From sequence record PZ445526.1: a stretch of DNA of 64,000 nt, one strand, 5' to 3'. The notes under the pieces were generated by a model. It was given only the letters and a program-made list of their open reading frames with translations, searched no databases and had not been told where the DNA came from. Source of the stretch: a phage. Positions 1 to 10,045 of the stretch are shown here, piece by piece. The first letter of the stretch is position 1, and the number at the start of each line of letters is the position of its first letter. Position numbers and translations under genes: made by a program.

Positions 1-682
1 CCAGTGATAAAATACCAGCATCCAAAACACCTTTAGATGAATAACTATCGAGTTCGCCAATAGTTTTACGAAAATCAGGAAAATTCTTTTTAACCAAAGC
101 TGCTACAACTTTCATATCAGCTATAGCAATTCCTTCATGCTTACAGATTTCAGTCAATCGACGAATCATCTGCTTCATCATTTCAATTTTATCTTCATCG
201 GTCGGTTGACCGAATGTAATAACTCGGCAGCGTGACTGAAGAGGTTTAATAATACCATCAATATTGTTAGCAGTAATAATAATACTACAGTTTGAACTAT
301 AAGCTTCCATAAAGGAACGAAGATGTCGCTGAGACTCTGCTAATCCTGAACGGTCAAATTCATCAATAACGATTACTTTTTGACGACCATCAAATGAAGC
401 TGCACTGGCAAAATTAGTCAAAGGACCACGAACGAAATCAATTTTACAGTCTGATCCATTCACAAACATCATATCAGCATTTACATCATGACACAATGCT
501 TTCGCTACAGTTGTTTTACCTGTTCCTGGAGAAGGAGAATGAAGAATAATATGTGGAATCTTACCTTTACTTGTAATAGATTTAAAGGTTTCTTTATCAA
601 AGGCGGGAAGAATACATTCATCGATAGTAGATGGACGATATTTCTGTTCAAGAATGTGTTCTTTTTCATTTACGGTAATCAT
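1..682 (-). CDS. 44: sliding-clamp loader large subunit (AAA+); start codon in window, C-terminus beyond window start
   Basis: Minus-strand ATG at 680-682 reads MITVNEKEHILEQKYRPSTIDE..., Walker A HSPSPGTGKTT; lies directly downstream of gene 45 as in T4. Confidence 0.85.
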   Translation of the reverse strand, partial: MITVNEKEHILEQKYRPSTIDECILPAFDKETFKSITSKGKIPHIILHSPSPGTGKTTVAKALCHDVNADMMFVNGSDCKIDFVRGPLTNFASAASFDGRQKVIVIDEFDRSGLAESQRHLRSFMEAYSSNCSIIITANNIDGIIKPLQSRCRVITFGQPTDEDKIEMMKQMIRRLTEICKHEGIAIADMKVVAALVKKNFPDFRKTIGELDSYSSKGVLDAGILSL

Positions 683-714
683 AATTTCCTCATTCAAGTT
701 TTAGTGTAAATTAT

Positions 715-733
715 AAAGGGCCGAAGCCCTTTA
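715..733 (-). terminator. GC hairpin GGGC-UUCG-GCCC between genes 45 and 44 (partial terminator / RNA stability element)
   Basis: Inverted repeat gggccgaagccc read directly; UUCG tetraloop on the transcribed strand; U-rich tail weak. Confidence 0.4.
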
Positions 734-1420
734 TTAAAAATCGTGGGTAGAATCAGCTTCAAGAGCTACTACATAATTCGCATGTTCACCTTCAAATTTA
801 GCAGCACCTTGTTTACCTTTTGCCCAGAGCAGAAGTTTATAATTTCCTGGTTGCATTTTCATATTTGCCATATTGATAATGAAATTAAATGTATTTTCAC
901 CATCATAATCACCAAGAGTCAAAGAATATTTAACACGGGTCAGAGCAGAATCTTCTACTTTATTAAAACCGTTAATTACGATTTTACCTTCTTTTACCGT
1001 GATAGCAATTGTATCAATTTGCAGACCACGAGATACACGCAACAGTTGTTGAAGGTCTTCAGCTTTAATTTCAGTAACAACAGATGCTACCGGGAATGGA
1101 ATTGGTTTATTAGGAGCAACTACTGTGCTCGGATCGGCTGCTGGCCAAAAAATTGTTGAGCGGGCATCAGCAATTTTAATATTTCCATCTTCTGACTGGG
1201 AAATTTCTGCATCATCATTAACTAGAGACAGAATACCGAGAAAACCGTTCAAATCGTAAATTGCTACATCAAAATCAATAACGTCAGAAATATTTGCTTC
1301 CGCATAAGTTGTACCATTAACTGCGCGAGTCATAATAAATTGACCGGATTTAAGCATAATACCGGAGTTAATAGTAGCGAAATTTTTAAGCAGAGCAGTA
1401 GTATCTTTAGACAGTTTCAT
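734..1420 (-). CDS. 45: DNA polymerase sliding clamp
   Basis: 228 aa, MKLSKDTTALLKNFATINSGIMLKSGQF...; length and sequence match T4 gp45 by recall. Confidence 0.95.
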   Translation of the reverse strand: MKLSKDTTALLKNFATINSGIMLKSGQFIMTRAVNGTTYAEANISDVIDFDVAIYDLNGFLGILSLVNDDAEISQSEDGNIKIADARSTIFWPAADPSTVVAPNKPIPFPVASVVTEIKAEDLQQLLRVSRGLQIDTIAITVKEGKIVINGFNKVEDSALTRVKYSLTLGDYDGENTFNFIINMANMKMQPGNYKLLLWAKGKQGAAKFEGEHANYVVALEADSTHDF

Positions 1421-1475
1421 GTAATTTCCTTCAATTCAAATGAGATTTAATTTTATAACTAATTTAATAAAGCAA

Positions 1476-1865
1476 TTAACGATTAAAATCAGCCGCAATT
1501 GTTTCCGCAACAATTTGAGCAGCAACAATTAAACGTTCATCTGCATTACCGCAATAATCATCTTCAAGGCGTTCACCACATGAAGTCATAATAAATTTAG
1601 CACCGGCGTTTAGGGATTCTGCAGTATGTTTGCGCATTAGTTCAATCCATTTATTACTTACTTCACGATCGATAGCTTCATAATACGCATGACGAGCAGG
1701 TGCAGATTTAATTTTATTCTGAATAACTTCCATTGCGTTATCAGAAAGAGACAAAACCCATGCTCGACGAATTTTATTTTGGTTTTGTGGATTTGATTCA
1801 GAACGCACGTGTTTTGGCTGAATATCTTTTACATCAACAGTATAATTCACAGTAATTTTAGTCAT
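1476..1865 (-). CDS. rpbA: RNA polymerase-binding protein RpbA
   Basis: 129 aa ORF between genes 45 and 46, position and size as T4 rpbA. Confidence 0.8.
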   Translation of the reverse strand: MTKITVNYTVDVKDIQPKHVRSESNPQNQNKIRRAWVLSLSDNAMEVIQNKIKSAPARHAYYEAIDREVSNKWIELMRKHTAESLNAGAKFIMTSCGERLEDDYCGNADERLIVAAQIVAETIAADFNR

Positions 1866-1874
1866 AATACACCT

Positions 1875-2063
1875 TTAGTCATAATAATCAGTAACAGTCC
1901 AAGCTTCATTTCTATTGGACATTATTTTTGTATATTCTGCTTTAAATGCATTCCTAAGCATAGATTCAGTAACTATATGCTCTTCATTAGAAAAATTATT
2001 TCTCAGAATATATCGTTTTATTTCAGGAATGGTTAATAGATGCTGTCCGGTTGAATATTCCAT
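1875..2063 (-). CDS. hypothetical protein (T4 45.2 position)
   Basis: 62 aa ORF in the rpbA-46 interval. Confidence 0.5.
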   Translation of the reverse strand: MEYSTGQHLLTIPEIKRYILRNNFSNEEHIVTESMLRNAFKAEYTKIMSNRNEAWTVTDYYD

Positions 2064-2118
2064 GTTTTTCCTCCATAGAGATTATACTCTAATAAATTAA
2101 AGCATAATCTCTTATAAA

Positions 2119-3801
2119 TTAAACCATTACAGTAAATCGACCAACTTTCTTCATTTGAAGATGCTGACCGTATGCTTGTGGGTCATGGTCTCTATGCGAA
2201 ATAACAAAAACATTAGTATTTTTTAAACTATCTAAAATAGTTGAAATAGCTTTTACACCTTCAACGTCGGTCGCTGAATCAAAAACTTCATCAAGAATCA
2301 GTGTGTTTATTTTAACACCTGAAACTTTTTCAGCAATATCACGCCAAGTAAATAAAAGAGCAATATCAATTCGCGCTTTTTCACCTTGACTAAATGAAGC
2401 ATAACTAAAATCTTCACGACCACGGGATTTAATTGTCTCATTAAATTCTTCATCTAATGTAAACACATAATCCGCTTCCATTATTTTAAGATAATGGTTA
2501 ATCTGCTTATTAAATAATGGAATGTACTTTTTAATAATAGCACCTTTAATACCAGAATCTTTGAGCATATCAGTCAAAATTCCTCGGTGGTATTTTTCCA
2601 TTACTAAATTAGTTTTTGTCTTAACAATTTTATCAAGTTCTTCTTGAAGCAGTGCTATTTCATCAGCATGGTCAATAAACTCAGAAGATGCTTTTTCTAT
2701 AGCTGCTTTAACTTTTTTAGCTTTATCTACCGTCGTGATTAGAGATTGCTTTTTATTGCGAATATCATTTGCCAACGACTGTTGGGTTTTAATATTATCT
2801 CGGTATTCATCAACAAGAACTTTTAAATTATCACGATGTGTTGAAAGCTGTTCAAACGAATGCGTACATTCAGAAACTTTATCTTTAATTTTAGAAACAA
2901 CTTTATCACCGGAACTTAATTGTGACAAACAGGTTGGACATAATCCACCTTCGTGATACATATTAATGACTTTATTATACGAGTCAATTTTTGATTTAAT
3001 TAAAACTGCTTCTTGACCGATTTTATTAAATGCATCAGTCGGGTCTTCATCCAAAACAATATTAACTAATCTTTCATTAGCTTCTTCTATTTCCGATTTT
3101 AGCGTTCTAGCTTCCTTTGCCAAATCGTCATACATATTCTGCAGACGAGTAAGGTTGTCACCAGACAATTTTTTCTGGCGTTCAACGTTATCATTATATA
3201 TTTTAATTTGTTGGATAATACTATCTTTTTTAACATCAAGCACTTGGTTCTGCGAATTTAATTCACGTATTAGTGCTTTATTAAGCTTATCCATTTCAGC
3301 TAATGTTCCTACCTCGAGCAGGTCTTCCACAAGCTTTCTTCGCGCAGGGGTCGACAAACCCATGAAAGGGGTATACCCTGCTGTACCAAGGACAACAATC
3401 TGCTTGAAACTGGCATATGACATTCCGATAAGCTGTTCAAATTCTGCTTGGAAATCTTTACTGCTGGCAGATTCATTAAGACGTGTACCGTTAACGGTGA
3501 TTTCGAAAACGTTTGGTTTTTGTCCTCTTTTGATATAGTACTTTTTCTCATCATATTCCATCCACAGTTCAACTAAAAGTTCTTTCTTATTTGTGCTGTT
3601 TATTAATTGACCTTTCTTTACATCACGGAATGGCTTGCCAAAAAGCCCAAATGTGATGGCTTCTAACATAGTAGACTTACCACCGCCATTTCGTCCAGTA
3701 ATAAGAGTTTTTTGAACCTTATCTAATTGAATGTCAATAGGATTTCCACCTACTGACATTATATTTTGATACCTAACTCGGTTTAGTTTAAAATTCTTCA
3801 C
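2119..3801 (-). CDS. 46: recombination endonuclease subunit gp46 (Rad50/SbcC-like ATPase)
   Basis: 560 aa; Walker A GRNGGGKST near N-terminus, long coiled-coil middle, CPTC zinc hook, C-terminal Walker B LILDEVFD. Confidence 0.9.
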   Translation of the reverse strand: MKNFKLNRVRYQNIMSVGGNPIDIQLDKVQKTLITGRNGGGKSTMLEAITFGLFGKPFRDVKKGQLINSTNKKELLVELWMEYDEKKYYIKRGQKPNVFEITVNGTRLNESASSKDFQAEFEQLIGMSYASFKQIVVLGTAGYTPFMGLSTPARRKLVEDLLEVGTLAEMDKLNKALIRELNSQNQVLDVKKDSIIQQIKIYNDNVERQKKLSGDNLTRLQNMYDDLAKEARTLKSEIEEANERLVNIVLDEDPTDAFNKIGQEAVLIKSKIDSYNKVINMYHEGGLCPTCLSQLSSGDKVVSKIKDKVSECTHSFEQLSTHRDNLKVLVDEYRDNIKTQQSLANDIRNKKQSLITTVDKAKKVKAAIEKASSEFIDHADEIALLQEELDKIVKTKTNLVMEKYHRGILTDMLKDSGIKGAIIKKYIPLFNKQINHYLKIMEADYVFTLDEEFNETIKSRGREDFSYASFSQGEKARIDIALLFTWRDIAEKVSGVKINTLILDEVFDSATDVEGVKAISTILDSLKNTNVFVISHRDHDPQAYGQHLQMKKVGRFTVMV

Positions 3802-4061
3802 AAAAGATTCCTTTTAATGTATCTTTTAGACCATTCTATCATATCATCATAATCTAAAAAGTATTCATCAAATTCAGCCATGCAAACAACACCTTGTGCT
3901 GTTTTTGATGTAATATAAATTATTCCAACATATCTAGAATCTTCTTCGGTATAATCAATGTTTGCTATGAATTCATCATTAATGTCAAATGTCGAAAACT
4001 TCACAGTATGCATCCTTAATACAAGATACAGCCATATCTCGTAATGATTTAGGTGTGTCAT
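3798..4061 (-). CDS. hypothetical protein (T4 46.1 position); true start may be the internal ATG at 4013
   Basis: 87 aa ORF; overlaps next ORF by 77 nt if the first ATG is used. Confidence 0.4.
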   Translation of the reverse strand: MTHLNHYEIWLYLVLRMHTVKFSTFDINDEFIANIDYTEEDSRYVGIIYITSKTAQGVVCMAEFDEYFLDYDDMIEWSKRYIKRNLL

Positions 4062-4248
4062 TATCTAAAATGTTGAAGTTAAAAGATACAGCCCAGTCAG
4101 TGCAGACCGTGACCTTTTTAATACAATTATCTTCAACCTCTAACGGTTCAAACCAATATTCAATAATTTCTTTATGTCCAATATCATCTTTTACTTCGCA
4201 TTCAAAATGCTGACTCATCATAACATTTTTAAATTCATCAAAAGTCAT
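3985..4248 (-). CDS. hypothetical protein (T4 46.2 position)
   Basis: 87 aa ORF, stop overlaps gene 47 region. Confidence 0.45.
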   Translation of the reverse strand: MTFDEFKNVMMSQHFECEVKDDIGHKEIIEYWFEPLEVEDNCIKKVTVCTDWAVSFNFNILDNDTPKSLRDMAVSCIKDAYCEVFDI

Positions 4249-5264
4249 TGTGTTGCCTCTACATATAACTGATTTGCATATTGAATAAGTGCTTCGCGAT
4301 CAGAATCAGTGATGTCTGGAATTGCATTAATGTATTCTTCCATCAATGTCTGAAGAGATTGAACTTCAACTTCTTCACTGTCATCTGACTCGACAGAGTT
4401 ATCAATCTTTGACACAACTCGTAACGAATGCACAACTTTTTCTAGTTCAGATTCGAACTTCGTCAGATTTTTGTCTACTTCAGTTACTATAACACGTACT
4501 GATAGATTTGTAAAATCTTTATAGTCAATTTTTCCTTTAAATGGATAATGAATTCTACGATGCCAGGTAGTATTGTTTGGAATAAATTCCATTCGTTCTG
4601 TTTCTGTATCAAACACCCAGAACCCACGAGGGTCATTCTCGTCACCTGCAGTTAGTGTCCATGGTGTCCCAATATATCTGACGTTTGCAGCCTCAGAGAT
4701 AGTATGGAAGTGACCAGACCACACTTCTTTATAAGTCTTAAGGAAATCAGGTTCAAGACCGTGAGATTTCATTCCTTTATAAAAATAAAATCCATTCAGT
4801 TCCCAGTGACCAACACAAAAAGAAGCAGATGAAGTTTTGATGTGCTCAAGAATTTCACCAGTATTTTCTTCACACATCCAAGGAATTAAATCAATTAAAC
4901 ATCCGTCAAAATCTACCGTAGTAGGCTTATCATATACTTTAACATTAGGATATTTAGCCAAAAGCTCAGTAGAGGCATTTGGATGCATTACATTTTTGTA
5001 GTGGAGATCGTGATTTCCTACAACAGTATGTAGGGTAATACCAGCATCATCAAGCATTTGAACTATTTCACGGGCGAACTCCATAGTTTTATGCGTGATT
5101 GCTTTTCGCACATCAAAAATATCACCGTATTGAATCCATACCGTAATTCCATTTTTCTTAGAATATTCTATCGCTTGCTTAATTCCATCAATTTGAATAC
5201 CGCGAATCCACTCATCATCAGCTTTAACGCCTAAATGCCAATCACCTAAATTTAAAATTTTCAT
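4245..5264 (-). CDS. 47: recombination nuclease subunit gp47 (Mre11-like phosphoesterase)
   Basis: 339 aa; MKILNLGDWHLG... calcineurin-like phosphoesterase motifs (GDxHxG, GDIFD, GNHD). Confidence 0.9.
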   Translation of the reverse strand: MKILNLGDWHLGVKADDEWIRGIQIDGIKQAIEYSKKNGITVWIQYGDIFDVRKAITHKTMEFAREIVQMLDDAGITLHTVVGNHDLHYKNVMHPNASTELLAKYPNVKVYDKPTTVDFDGCLIDLIPWMCEENTGEILEHIKTSSASFCVGHWELNGFYFYKGMKSHGLEPDFLKTYKEVWSGHFHTISEAANVRYIGTPWTLTAGDENDPRGFWVFDTETERMEFIPNNTTWHRRIHYPFKGKIDYKDFTNLSVRVIVTEVDKNLTKFESELEKVVHSLRVVSKIDNSVESDDSEEVEVQSLQTLMEEYINAIPDITDSDREALIQYANQLYVEATQ

Positions 5265-5401
5265 ATATCAAGAACCGTCATTGAAATGCAAAATAAAATT
5301 ATTGAAATAAATCCATCTAGAGTGCTAAAGAACCCAATCCAACATGCTCTAGTGAATAGATAAAATGCAAGAAAAAGTATCACATATCCAAGAAATATCA
5401 T
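5261..5401 (-). CDS. small hydrophobic protein (T4 47.1 position), 46 aa
   Basis: Hand-translated: MIFLGYVILFLAFYLFTRACWIGFFSTLDGFISIILFCISMTVLDI; stop overlaps gene 47 ATG (ATGA); below the ORF-track size cutoff. Confidence 0.4.
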   Translation of the reverse strand: MIFLGYVILFLAFYLFTRACWIGFFSTLDGFISIILFCISMTVLDI

Positions 5402-5424
5402 TATATCAAACTCCGTATAAAGCT

Positions 5425-5443
5425 AAAGGGCCGAAGCCCTTTA
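5425..5443 (-). terminator. GC hairpin GGGC-UUCG-GCCC at the a-gt stop codon
   Basis: Same aaagggccgaagcccttta motif as at 715-733, read directly. Confidence 0.35.
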
Positions 5444-6643
5444 TTTTGTAATAATGTCAAACTGTTCTTTAAAGCAGAAGCTTGAATCTTGGTGCTGATA
5501 CAAAAATTCATATGCTTTTTCTCGCTCACGGTCATAAAGAGCTCGGTCAGATGACAGTTCTTTAATACGCTCGAGTGTTGATTCCATATCATTTTCATCA
5601 AACCAAATGATACCGCTATCATGCGAGGTCAAAGGAGTATTATCAACACGGAATTTTAAATTTTCGCCAGTAGATTTCCAAAATACCGGAATTGTTCCAC
5701 ATGCACCAAGCTCGAGATGAGTATATTCTAAAGAACGTTGTAGATATTTTTTGTCCAACTTACTCAGCTGATAACCAAATCCGGATTTACTCATGCGTTC
5801 AAGCATTTCGCTATTTACATAACGGTCAAGAATTTGCGTTGGCAAATTAGGAGCAATTTTAATTTGGTCTACTTGATGAAGACGATAATACTCGTATGGA
5901 ATTCCTTTTTCTTTAATAGGAATGAACGCTGGAGAACGTTCCAGACCTTCCATAATAGTACTTAGTCCTGCAGGTTTAAGATGTTTTTCGTGAAAATCAA
6001 ACATCTGGTAAAAACCTTTCCATGTAGTCGTACGACCAATCCAACGGTTGATATTCATGTTAATTTCAGAAACATCTTTCCAGTAGGTTGATCGAACCTT
6101 CGCAATATCCATAGGAGGCTGAAAGTTGTATACGGTCGGTGCTTCTTCAATATCATCAAACAGAGAAACTGTTTCTGGATACCATTCTTTCATCAAAACT
6201 TTATTAAAGTCACCATTATCAGAATGGCTAAAAATAACATCAGCTCGACGAACAGTTTCTTCTAATCCCAAATTTCGACGCAAAGAAAGAGAAGAATGGT
6301 CATGTTGATAAACTACAACACGAACCGAAGGTTTAATGTTATCAATAATTTTTTTATAGTTATTAATAGTGTCTTCTTCAACTGAAGTAGCAGGAACTGA
6401 ATTGATAATTAGAATATCACAATCATTTACCAGCTTAAGTGTTTTATCGTATTCTTTTGCCAATAAAACCGGAATTGAAAATGATTTATAATCATGTGCA
6501 CAGTTACGAGTAAATGATTTATCTTTAGCATAAACCAAAGTTACTTCATGACCATTTTTAATAAACCAATCACGTTGCTCAAGAGAAAATTTAGTTACAC
6601 CGCAACCTTCAAGACCTCGAGCCATAAAAATACATACTTTCAT
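5441..6643 (-). CDS. a-gt: DNA alpha-glucosyltransferase
   Basis: 400 aa, MKVCIFMARGLEGCGVTKFSLEQRDWFIKNGHEVTLVYAKD...; matches T4 alpha-gt by recall. Confidence 0.9.
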   Translation of the reverse strand: MKVCIFMARGLEGCGVTKFSLEQRDWFIKNGHEVTLVYAKDKSFTRNCAHDYKSFSIPVLLAKEYDKTLKLVNDCDILIINSVPATSVEEDTINNYKKIIDNIKPSVRVVVYQHDHSSLSLRRNLGLEETVRRADVIFSHSDNGDFNKVLMKEWYPETVSLFDDIEEAPTVYNFQPPMDIAKVRSTYWKDVSEINMNINRWIGRTTTWKGFYQMFDFHEKHLKPAGLSTIMEGLERSPAFIPIKEKGIPYEYYRLHQVDQIKIAPNLPTQILDRYVNSEMLERMSKSGFGYQLSKLDKKYLQRSLEYTHLELGACGTIPVFWKSTGENLKFRVDNTPLTSHDSGIIWFDENDMESTLERIKELSSDRALYDREREKAYEFLYQHQDSSFCFKEQFDIITK

Positions 6644-6709
6644 TTAATATCCTCTTTGTTTTGGTTTATTTTACCAAAAATTTATAAAGCAATATAGGAG
6701 CCGAAGCTC

Positions 6710-6883
6710 CTATCCACATAATACGCCATACAGAGGCTCGTTAGAACTTCTAAATTTTCTGCGCTTATATGTTATAGTTCCTTCTGCTTTAGCTTTATCA
6801 TGAGACTCTTTAAAGCGTCTCATCATTTCCTCTTTAGAGGAACTAATTTTATTATAATCTATTTCAGAAGTCTGGGTGTTCAT
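6710..6883 (-). CDS. small hypothetical ORF (57 aa)
   Basis: Hand-translated MNTQTSEIDYNKISSSKEEMMRRFKESHDKAKAEG...; ends in a GGAGC-UUCG-GCUCC hairpin; below track cutoff. Confidence 0.25.
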   Translation of the reverse strand: MNTQTSEIDYNKISSSKEEMMRRFKESHDKAKAEGTITYKRRKFRSSNEPLYGVLCG

Positions 6884-6886
6884 CTT

Positions 6887-7093
6887 TCATAACTGCCACC
6901 ATTTTTTAACTTGATAAGAATCAACCCACACTTTCATATTAGGGTCTGCTCTTACAATAGGAGGATTAACTTCTTTAATTGAACTATCACGGTATTCTTT
7001 TTCAGAAATTTTCACACAAAGATGACCATTCAAAGATTCAGTAAATCCTGCATTAATTTTAAGACGCTTGAATTTTACGTGTGTAAGCATCAA
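6887..7093 (-). CDS. hypothetical protein
   Basis: 68 aa ORF in a-gt to 55 interval. Confidence 0.4.
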   Translation of the reverse strand: MMLTHVKFKRLKINAGFTESLNGHLCVKISEKEYRDSSIKEVNPPIVRADPNMKVWVDSYQVKKWWQL

Positions 7094-7376
7094 TCATATC
7101 CTCAATCTGCGATCTAGTAGTCTTCCAAAGAATACTAATGAGTTCATCGTTATATGGCTGTTTTAGAATATCCCGACTTTTCTTGATAGCATATTCGTAT
7201 TGAGCAAAATTATTATTTTCAGCTGCAATCTGAGCGTGCTTATAAAGACGATTCAGTTCGCGTTTGTTTTTAGACAATAACTTATTTGCTTTTCTTTCTG
7301 CTTCAAGACGGTTCTTTTCTTCAATAGAAGAAATAAGCTTTTCCACTTCATCATTAATTTCGGGTTTATCAGTCAT
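7059..7376 (-). CDS. hypothetical protein
   Basis: 105 aa ORF, charged and helical. Confidence 0.45.
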   Translation of the reverse strand: MTDKPEINDEVEKLISSIEEKNRLEAERKANKLLSKNKRELNRLYKHAQIAAENNNFAQYEYAIKKSRDILKQPYNDELISILWKTTRSQIEDMIDAYTRKIQAS

Positions 7377-7377
7377 A

Positions 7378-7596
7378 TTATTTCTCTAATATAAAATAAA
7401 AATCATCATCTGTTAAATGATACCGATAGTTTAATTCTACACCATTAGATTTAAAAGCGGTATCATACGGATTTTCTGGATCAATATCAATGTCAAGAGC
7501 TAAAACTTCCCTGAGATACATTTTAAGTAAATAGGGAATAGCTTCAACTTCAGGTATTTCTTCCAAGAATCCGGAGAGGTTAATCGTTAGCCTCAT
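7378..7596 (-). CDS. hypothetical protein
   Basis: 72 aa ORF directly downstream of gene 55. Confidence 0.45.
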
Positions 7597-8137
7597 ATAA
7601 AAAATCCAAACTAGGAGAATCGTCTACAACACTTTTCTTTTCAGCCCCCGGTGTTCTATAGGTTGATTCTTCGTAATGCGTCATTTTATCGTAGATGTCT
7701 TGAATAAAAGTTTCATCTACTAACGCAACCATATCGTCGTCACGGCTGTCATAGACATTGTGAACGAAGTAACTATATTTCTTTGCAACTTCCTTACGTT
7801 CTTTTTTAATACGTTGGACGAATGCATTAAAACAAGCTTGAGTTATATACGCATGTGGATTTTTATATTTCGTTTCATCAAAATTATGAAGCCCCTTAAT
7901 AGAAGCTTCTATACCATCTGCAATCATTTCTTGTTTCCAAGACTGGGTGTATCCTGAAAAGTTGAAACGTTTAGATAAGCCTTCTGCAATAAGCATAATG
8001 GCTAATCCGATAGTATCATTCTGACGAACTACTTTATTTGGGTCTTTATTATTTGCTAATTCTGTTTTCCAATCAATAATAGCTTGTAAAAGCTCTTTAT
8101 TGTTTACGTAATTATATTTAGGCTTAGTTTCTGACAT
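7580..8137 (-). CDS. 55: late-transcription sigma factor gp55
   Basis: 185 aa from the ATG at 8135-8137 ([23 protein letters not shown]...); track start is a GTG two codons upstream; RBS GAGGTG. Confidence 0.9.
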
Positions 8138-8215
8138 TTTCACCTCTTAGCTTAATTCATAGATCTATTATATCATAATATTTGAAGATCTATCTTAAAG
8201 CATAGAGGATATCAG

Positions 8216-8485
8216 TTATCTAAGTAAACAGTATGCTTGGAATACTTTTTCCATCATCTTTTTAAATTCATGAATATCTATATAATGACTAGTTAAATCA
8301 GCATGATATAAAAAGTCTAAAAACTTTTCATGTGTATTAACATATTCGCTTTCATTTAATTCAGAAACATGGCTTTCCCAATATCCAACACCAGTCTTAT
8401 TTGGGAAAAATGAAATTTTCATGTATTGGTCAACATAGAAAATGCCATAATTTTCAATAGTAATAGAAATATTAATAAATTTCAT
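8216..8485 (-). CDS. hypothetical protein
   Basis: 89 aa ORF, ATG start. Confidence 0.4.
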   Translation of the reverse strand: MKFINISITIENYGIFYVDQYMKISFFPNKTGVGYWESHVSELNESEYVNTHEKFLDFLYHADLTSHYIDIHEFKKMMEKVFQAYCLLR

Positions 8486-8697
8486 ACATTCATCAACTTA
8501 GCCGCTCCAAGAGCTGTATCTAGTGAATCAAATTGATCAACATATTCAATCAATTCGCCGTAATTGGCATATAACCACCATTGGCTAAATTCATACTCAA
8601 GGATGAATCCATTTCCTTCAATTTGAGTTAAACCATTGCCGTTTGTATTTACTTCATATCCGGCAAGACGCAAATCGTTAATAAGAGTTTCGTTCAT
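8482..8697 (-). CDS. hypothetical protein
   Basis: 71 aa ORF, ATG start, overlaps neighbour by 4 nt. Confidence 0.4.
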   Translation of the reverse strand: MNETLINDLRLAGYEVNTNGNGLTQIEGNGFILEYEFSQWWLYANYGELIEYVDQFDSLDTALGAAKLMNV

Positions 8698-8699
8698 AA

Positions 8700-9026
8700 T
8701 TATACCTTAGTAATTTTCAGGTCTGCAAATTTTTTCTTGCGTTGATTTTTCATGCGACGAATAGTTTTATCGGAAATTTCATGCTTTTGATAAGCTTTAG
8801 ATTCTACACCAAAAGCTTTAACATCAAATTCTGACAAGATATATTGAACCATCAATTCGCGGACAGTGTTGCGTCCAATTTTCTGATCATTCTGTTTCAT
8901 CGTCTGATGAAGCTCTTTTTCCCATTTATCCAAAATTTGAGGAGTTACAATATCGCCTTTTTCTAGCAAAGAAACTACTTTATCATATGCGTAAGAATTG
9001 ATGGCGTTTTTAATTTGAATAGTCAT
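8700..9026 (-). CDS. hypothetical protein
   Basis: 108 aa ORF, basic C-terminus. Confidence 0.45.
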   Translation of the reverse strand: MTIQIKNAINSYAYDKVVSLLEKGDIVTPQILDKWEKELHQTMKQNDQKIGRNTVRELMVQYILSEFDVKAFGVESKAYQKHEISDKTIRRMKNQRKKKFADLKITKV

Positions 9027-9063
9027 ACATTATCCCCAATTACGTTAAAATTTTATTATCCAA

Positions 9064-9080
9064 AAAGGGCCGAAGCCCTT
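9064..9080 (-). terminator. rho-independent terminator (GGGC-UUCG-GCCC hairpin plus U-run)
   Basis: gggccgaagccc followed on the minus strand by TTTTTG. Confidence 0.5.
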
Positions 9081-9279
9081 AGCTAAACTTTTTTGCACCC
9101 TTCCAGCCTTCGTACATCATTGCGACTGACAATGACAAAGCTCCTTCACATGCTGCATACTTATTATTCCAGAACCAATTTAGAAAAACTTCATCCTCAA
9201 TACCATTGTGTTTCATGTTCTGGAAAAATTTGGCGCGTTCTTCAGCAATTCGCTGCGATAATTTAGATTCAGGATTCAT
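9079..9279 (-). CDS. hypothetical protein
   Basis: 66 aa ORF. Confidence 0.4.
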   Translation of the reverse strand: MNPESKLSQRIAEERAKFFQNMKHNGIEDEVFLNWFWNNKYAACEGALSLSVAMMYEGWKGAKKFS

Positions 9280-9418
9280 TTAAATTTCCCAATTGCCATT
9301 TTCATCAATAAATTTAATCCAGTCATTTACTGACCACTTAGTTGTATCGCCTTTTGGAGTAACATTTAAAGTATATAGCCCTTGCTTAAAAAGCATTCGT
9401 TTGATATTCATATTTTCC

Positions 9419-9712
9419 TCAGCTGTAACGATAACACTCGTTTGATTTACGTTTAGCAACTCGTTGAGAAGTATTATAATCAAAATCATCATCAATGTAA
9501 ACTGATTTTTTCAACTTTCTTACTTCACCGCGTAATTGACGATTTAACTCATCTTTAACTTCTGAATCAATACCTTTCATTCTACGCCATTTATCTGAGC
9601 GAAAAATGTTTTCAACCATATCTTTATGACTTACACCATCAGGAGCTTTACGCTTTCCGAAATAGTCATAATCACGCACTTTTAAGTCTTTACGACGATA
9701 CGTTTTACCCAT
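9419..9712 (-). CDS. hypothetical basic protein (start set to internal ATG)
   Basis: Track ORF starts at a GTG; first ATG gives MGKTYRRKDLKVRDYDYFGKRK..., 97 aa. Confidence 0.4.
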   Translation of the reverse strand: MGKTYRRKDLKVRDYDYFGKRKAPDGVSHKDMVENIFRSDKWRRMKGIDSEVKDELNRQLRGEVRKLKKSVYIDDDFDYNTSQRVAKRKSNECYRYS

Positions 9713-9887
9713 GGAGTTTAATTTCCTTAGCAACTGAACTAAATGCAGCACGATCGCAAATCATGCGTTTATGTAACTTGAGTATAATATAGCAAACTTC
9801 AAAACTATTTACATGAGTAACACGAACAGCATTACCATTAATGAGATAATACTGTCCCTTTTTAATTTCTTTATCAACCATAACCAT
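9705..9887 (-). CDS. hypothetical protein
   Basis: 60 aa ORF directly downstream of an early promoter. Confidence 0.4.
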   Translation of the reverse strand: MVMVDKEIKKGQYYLINGNAVRVTHVNSFEVCYIILKLHKRMICDRAAFSSVAKEIKLHG

Positions 9888-9917
9888 ATCAATTCCTCAA
9901 AGGTAATTCATATGTTA

Positions 9918-9947
9918 ATAATACCATAGTTTGAACTTGTTGTAAAC
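9918..9947 (-). promoter_or_regulatory. sigma70-type T4 early promoter (-35 GTTTAC, -10 TATTAT)
   Basis: Minus strand reads GTTTACAACAAGTTCAAACTATGGTATTAT. Confidence 0.5.
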
Positions 9948-10028
9948 AACTTTGTGAAAAATATTTTAGGGAATGATAAGAAAGGAACGATAGCTTAGAA
10001 TGGTAATATACAGAATGTGAGAAAGAAA

Positions 10029-10041
10029 GGCCCAGAGGGCC
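10029..10041 (-). terminator. GC hairpin downstream of nrdH
   Basis: ggcccagagggcc inverted repeat just past the nrdH stop. Confidence 0.3.
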
Positions 10042-10045
10042 CGTC

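Noticed and set aside
743-1159. Plus-strand ORFs inside minus-strand genes (743-1159, 2735-2956, 3155-3538, 12008-12223, 12445-12663, 15310-15570 and similar)
   Set aside because: They lie antisense within well-supported genes (45, 46, nrdD and others), have low-complexity composition and no ribosome-binding site; treated as shadow ORFs.
5401-5622. 73-aa minus-strand ORF overlapping the 3' end of a-gt
   Set aside because: Out-of-frame overlap with a-gt; the real small gene here is the 46-aa ORF at 5261-5401.
9280-9495. 71-aa ORF starting MMMILIIILLNELLN
   Set aside because: Most of it overlaps the neighbouring ORF (9419-9712) in another frame; only a short C-terminal part could be independent, so it is not called.
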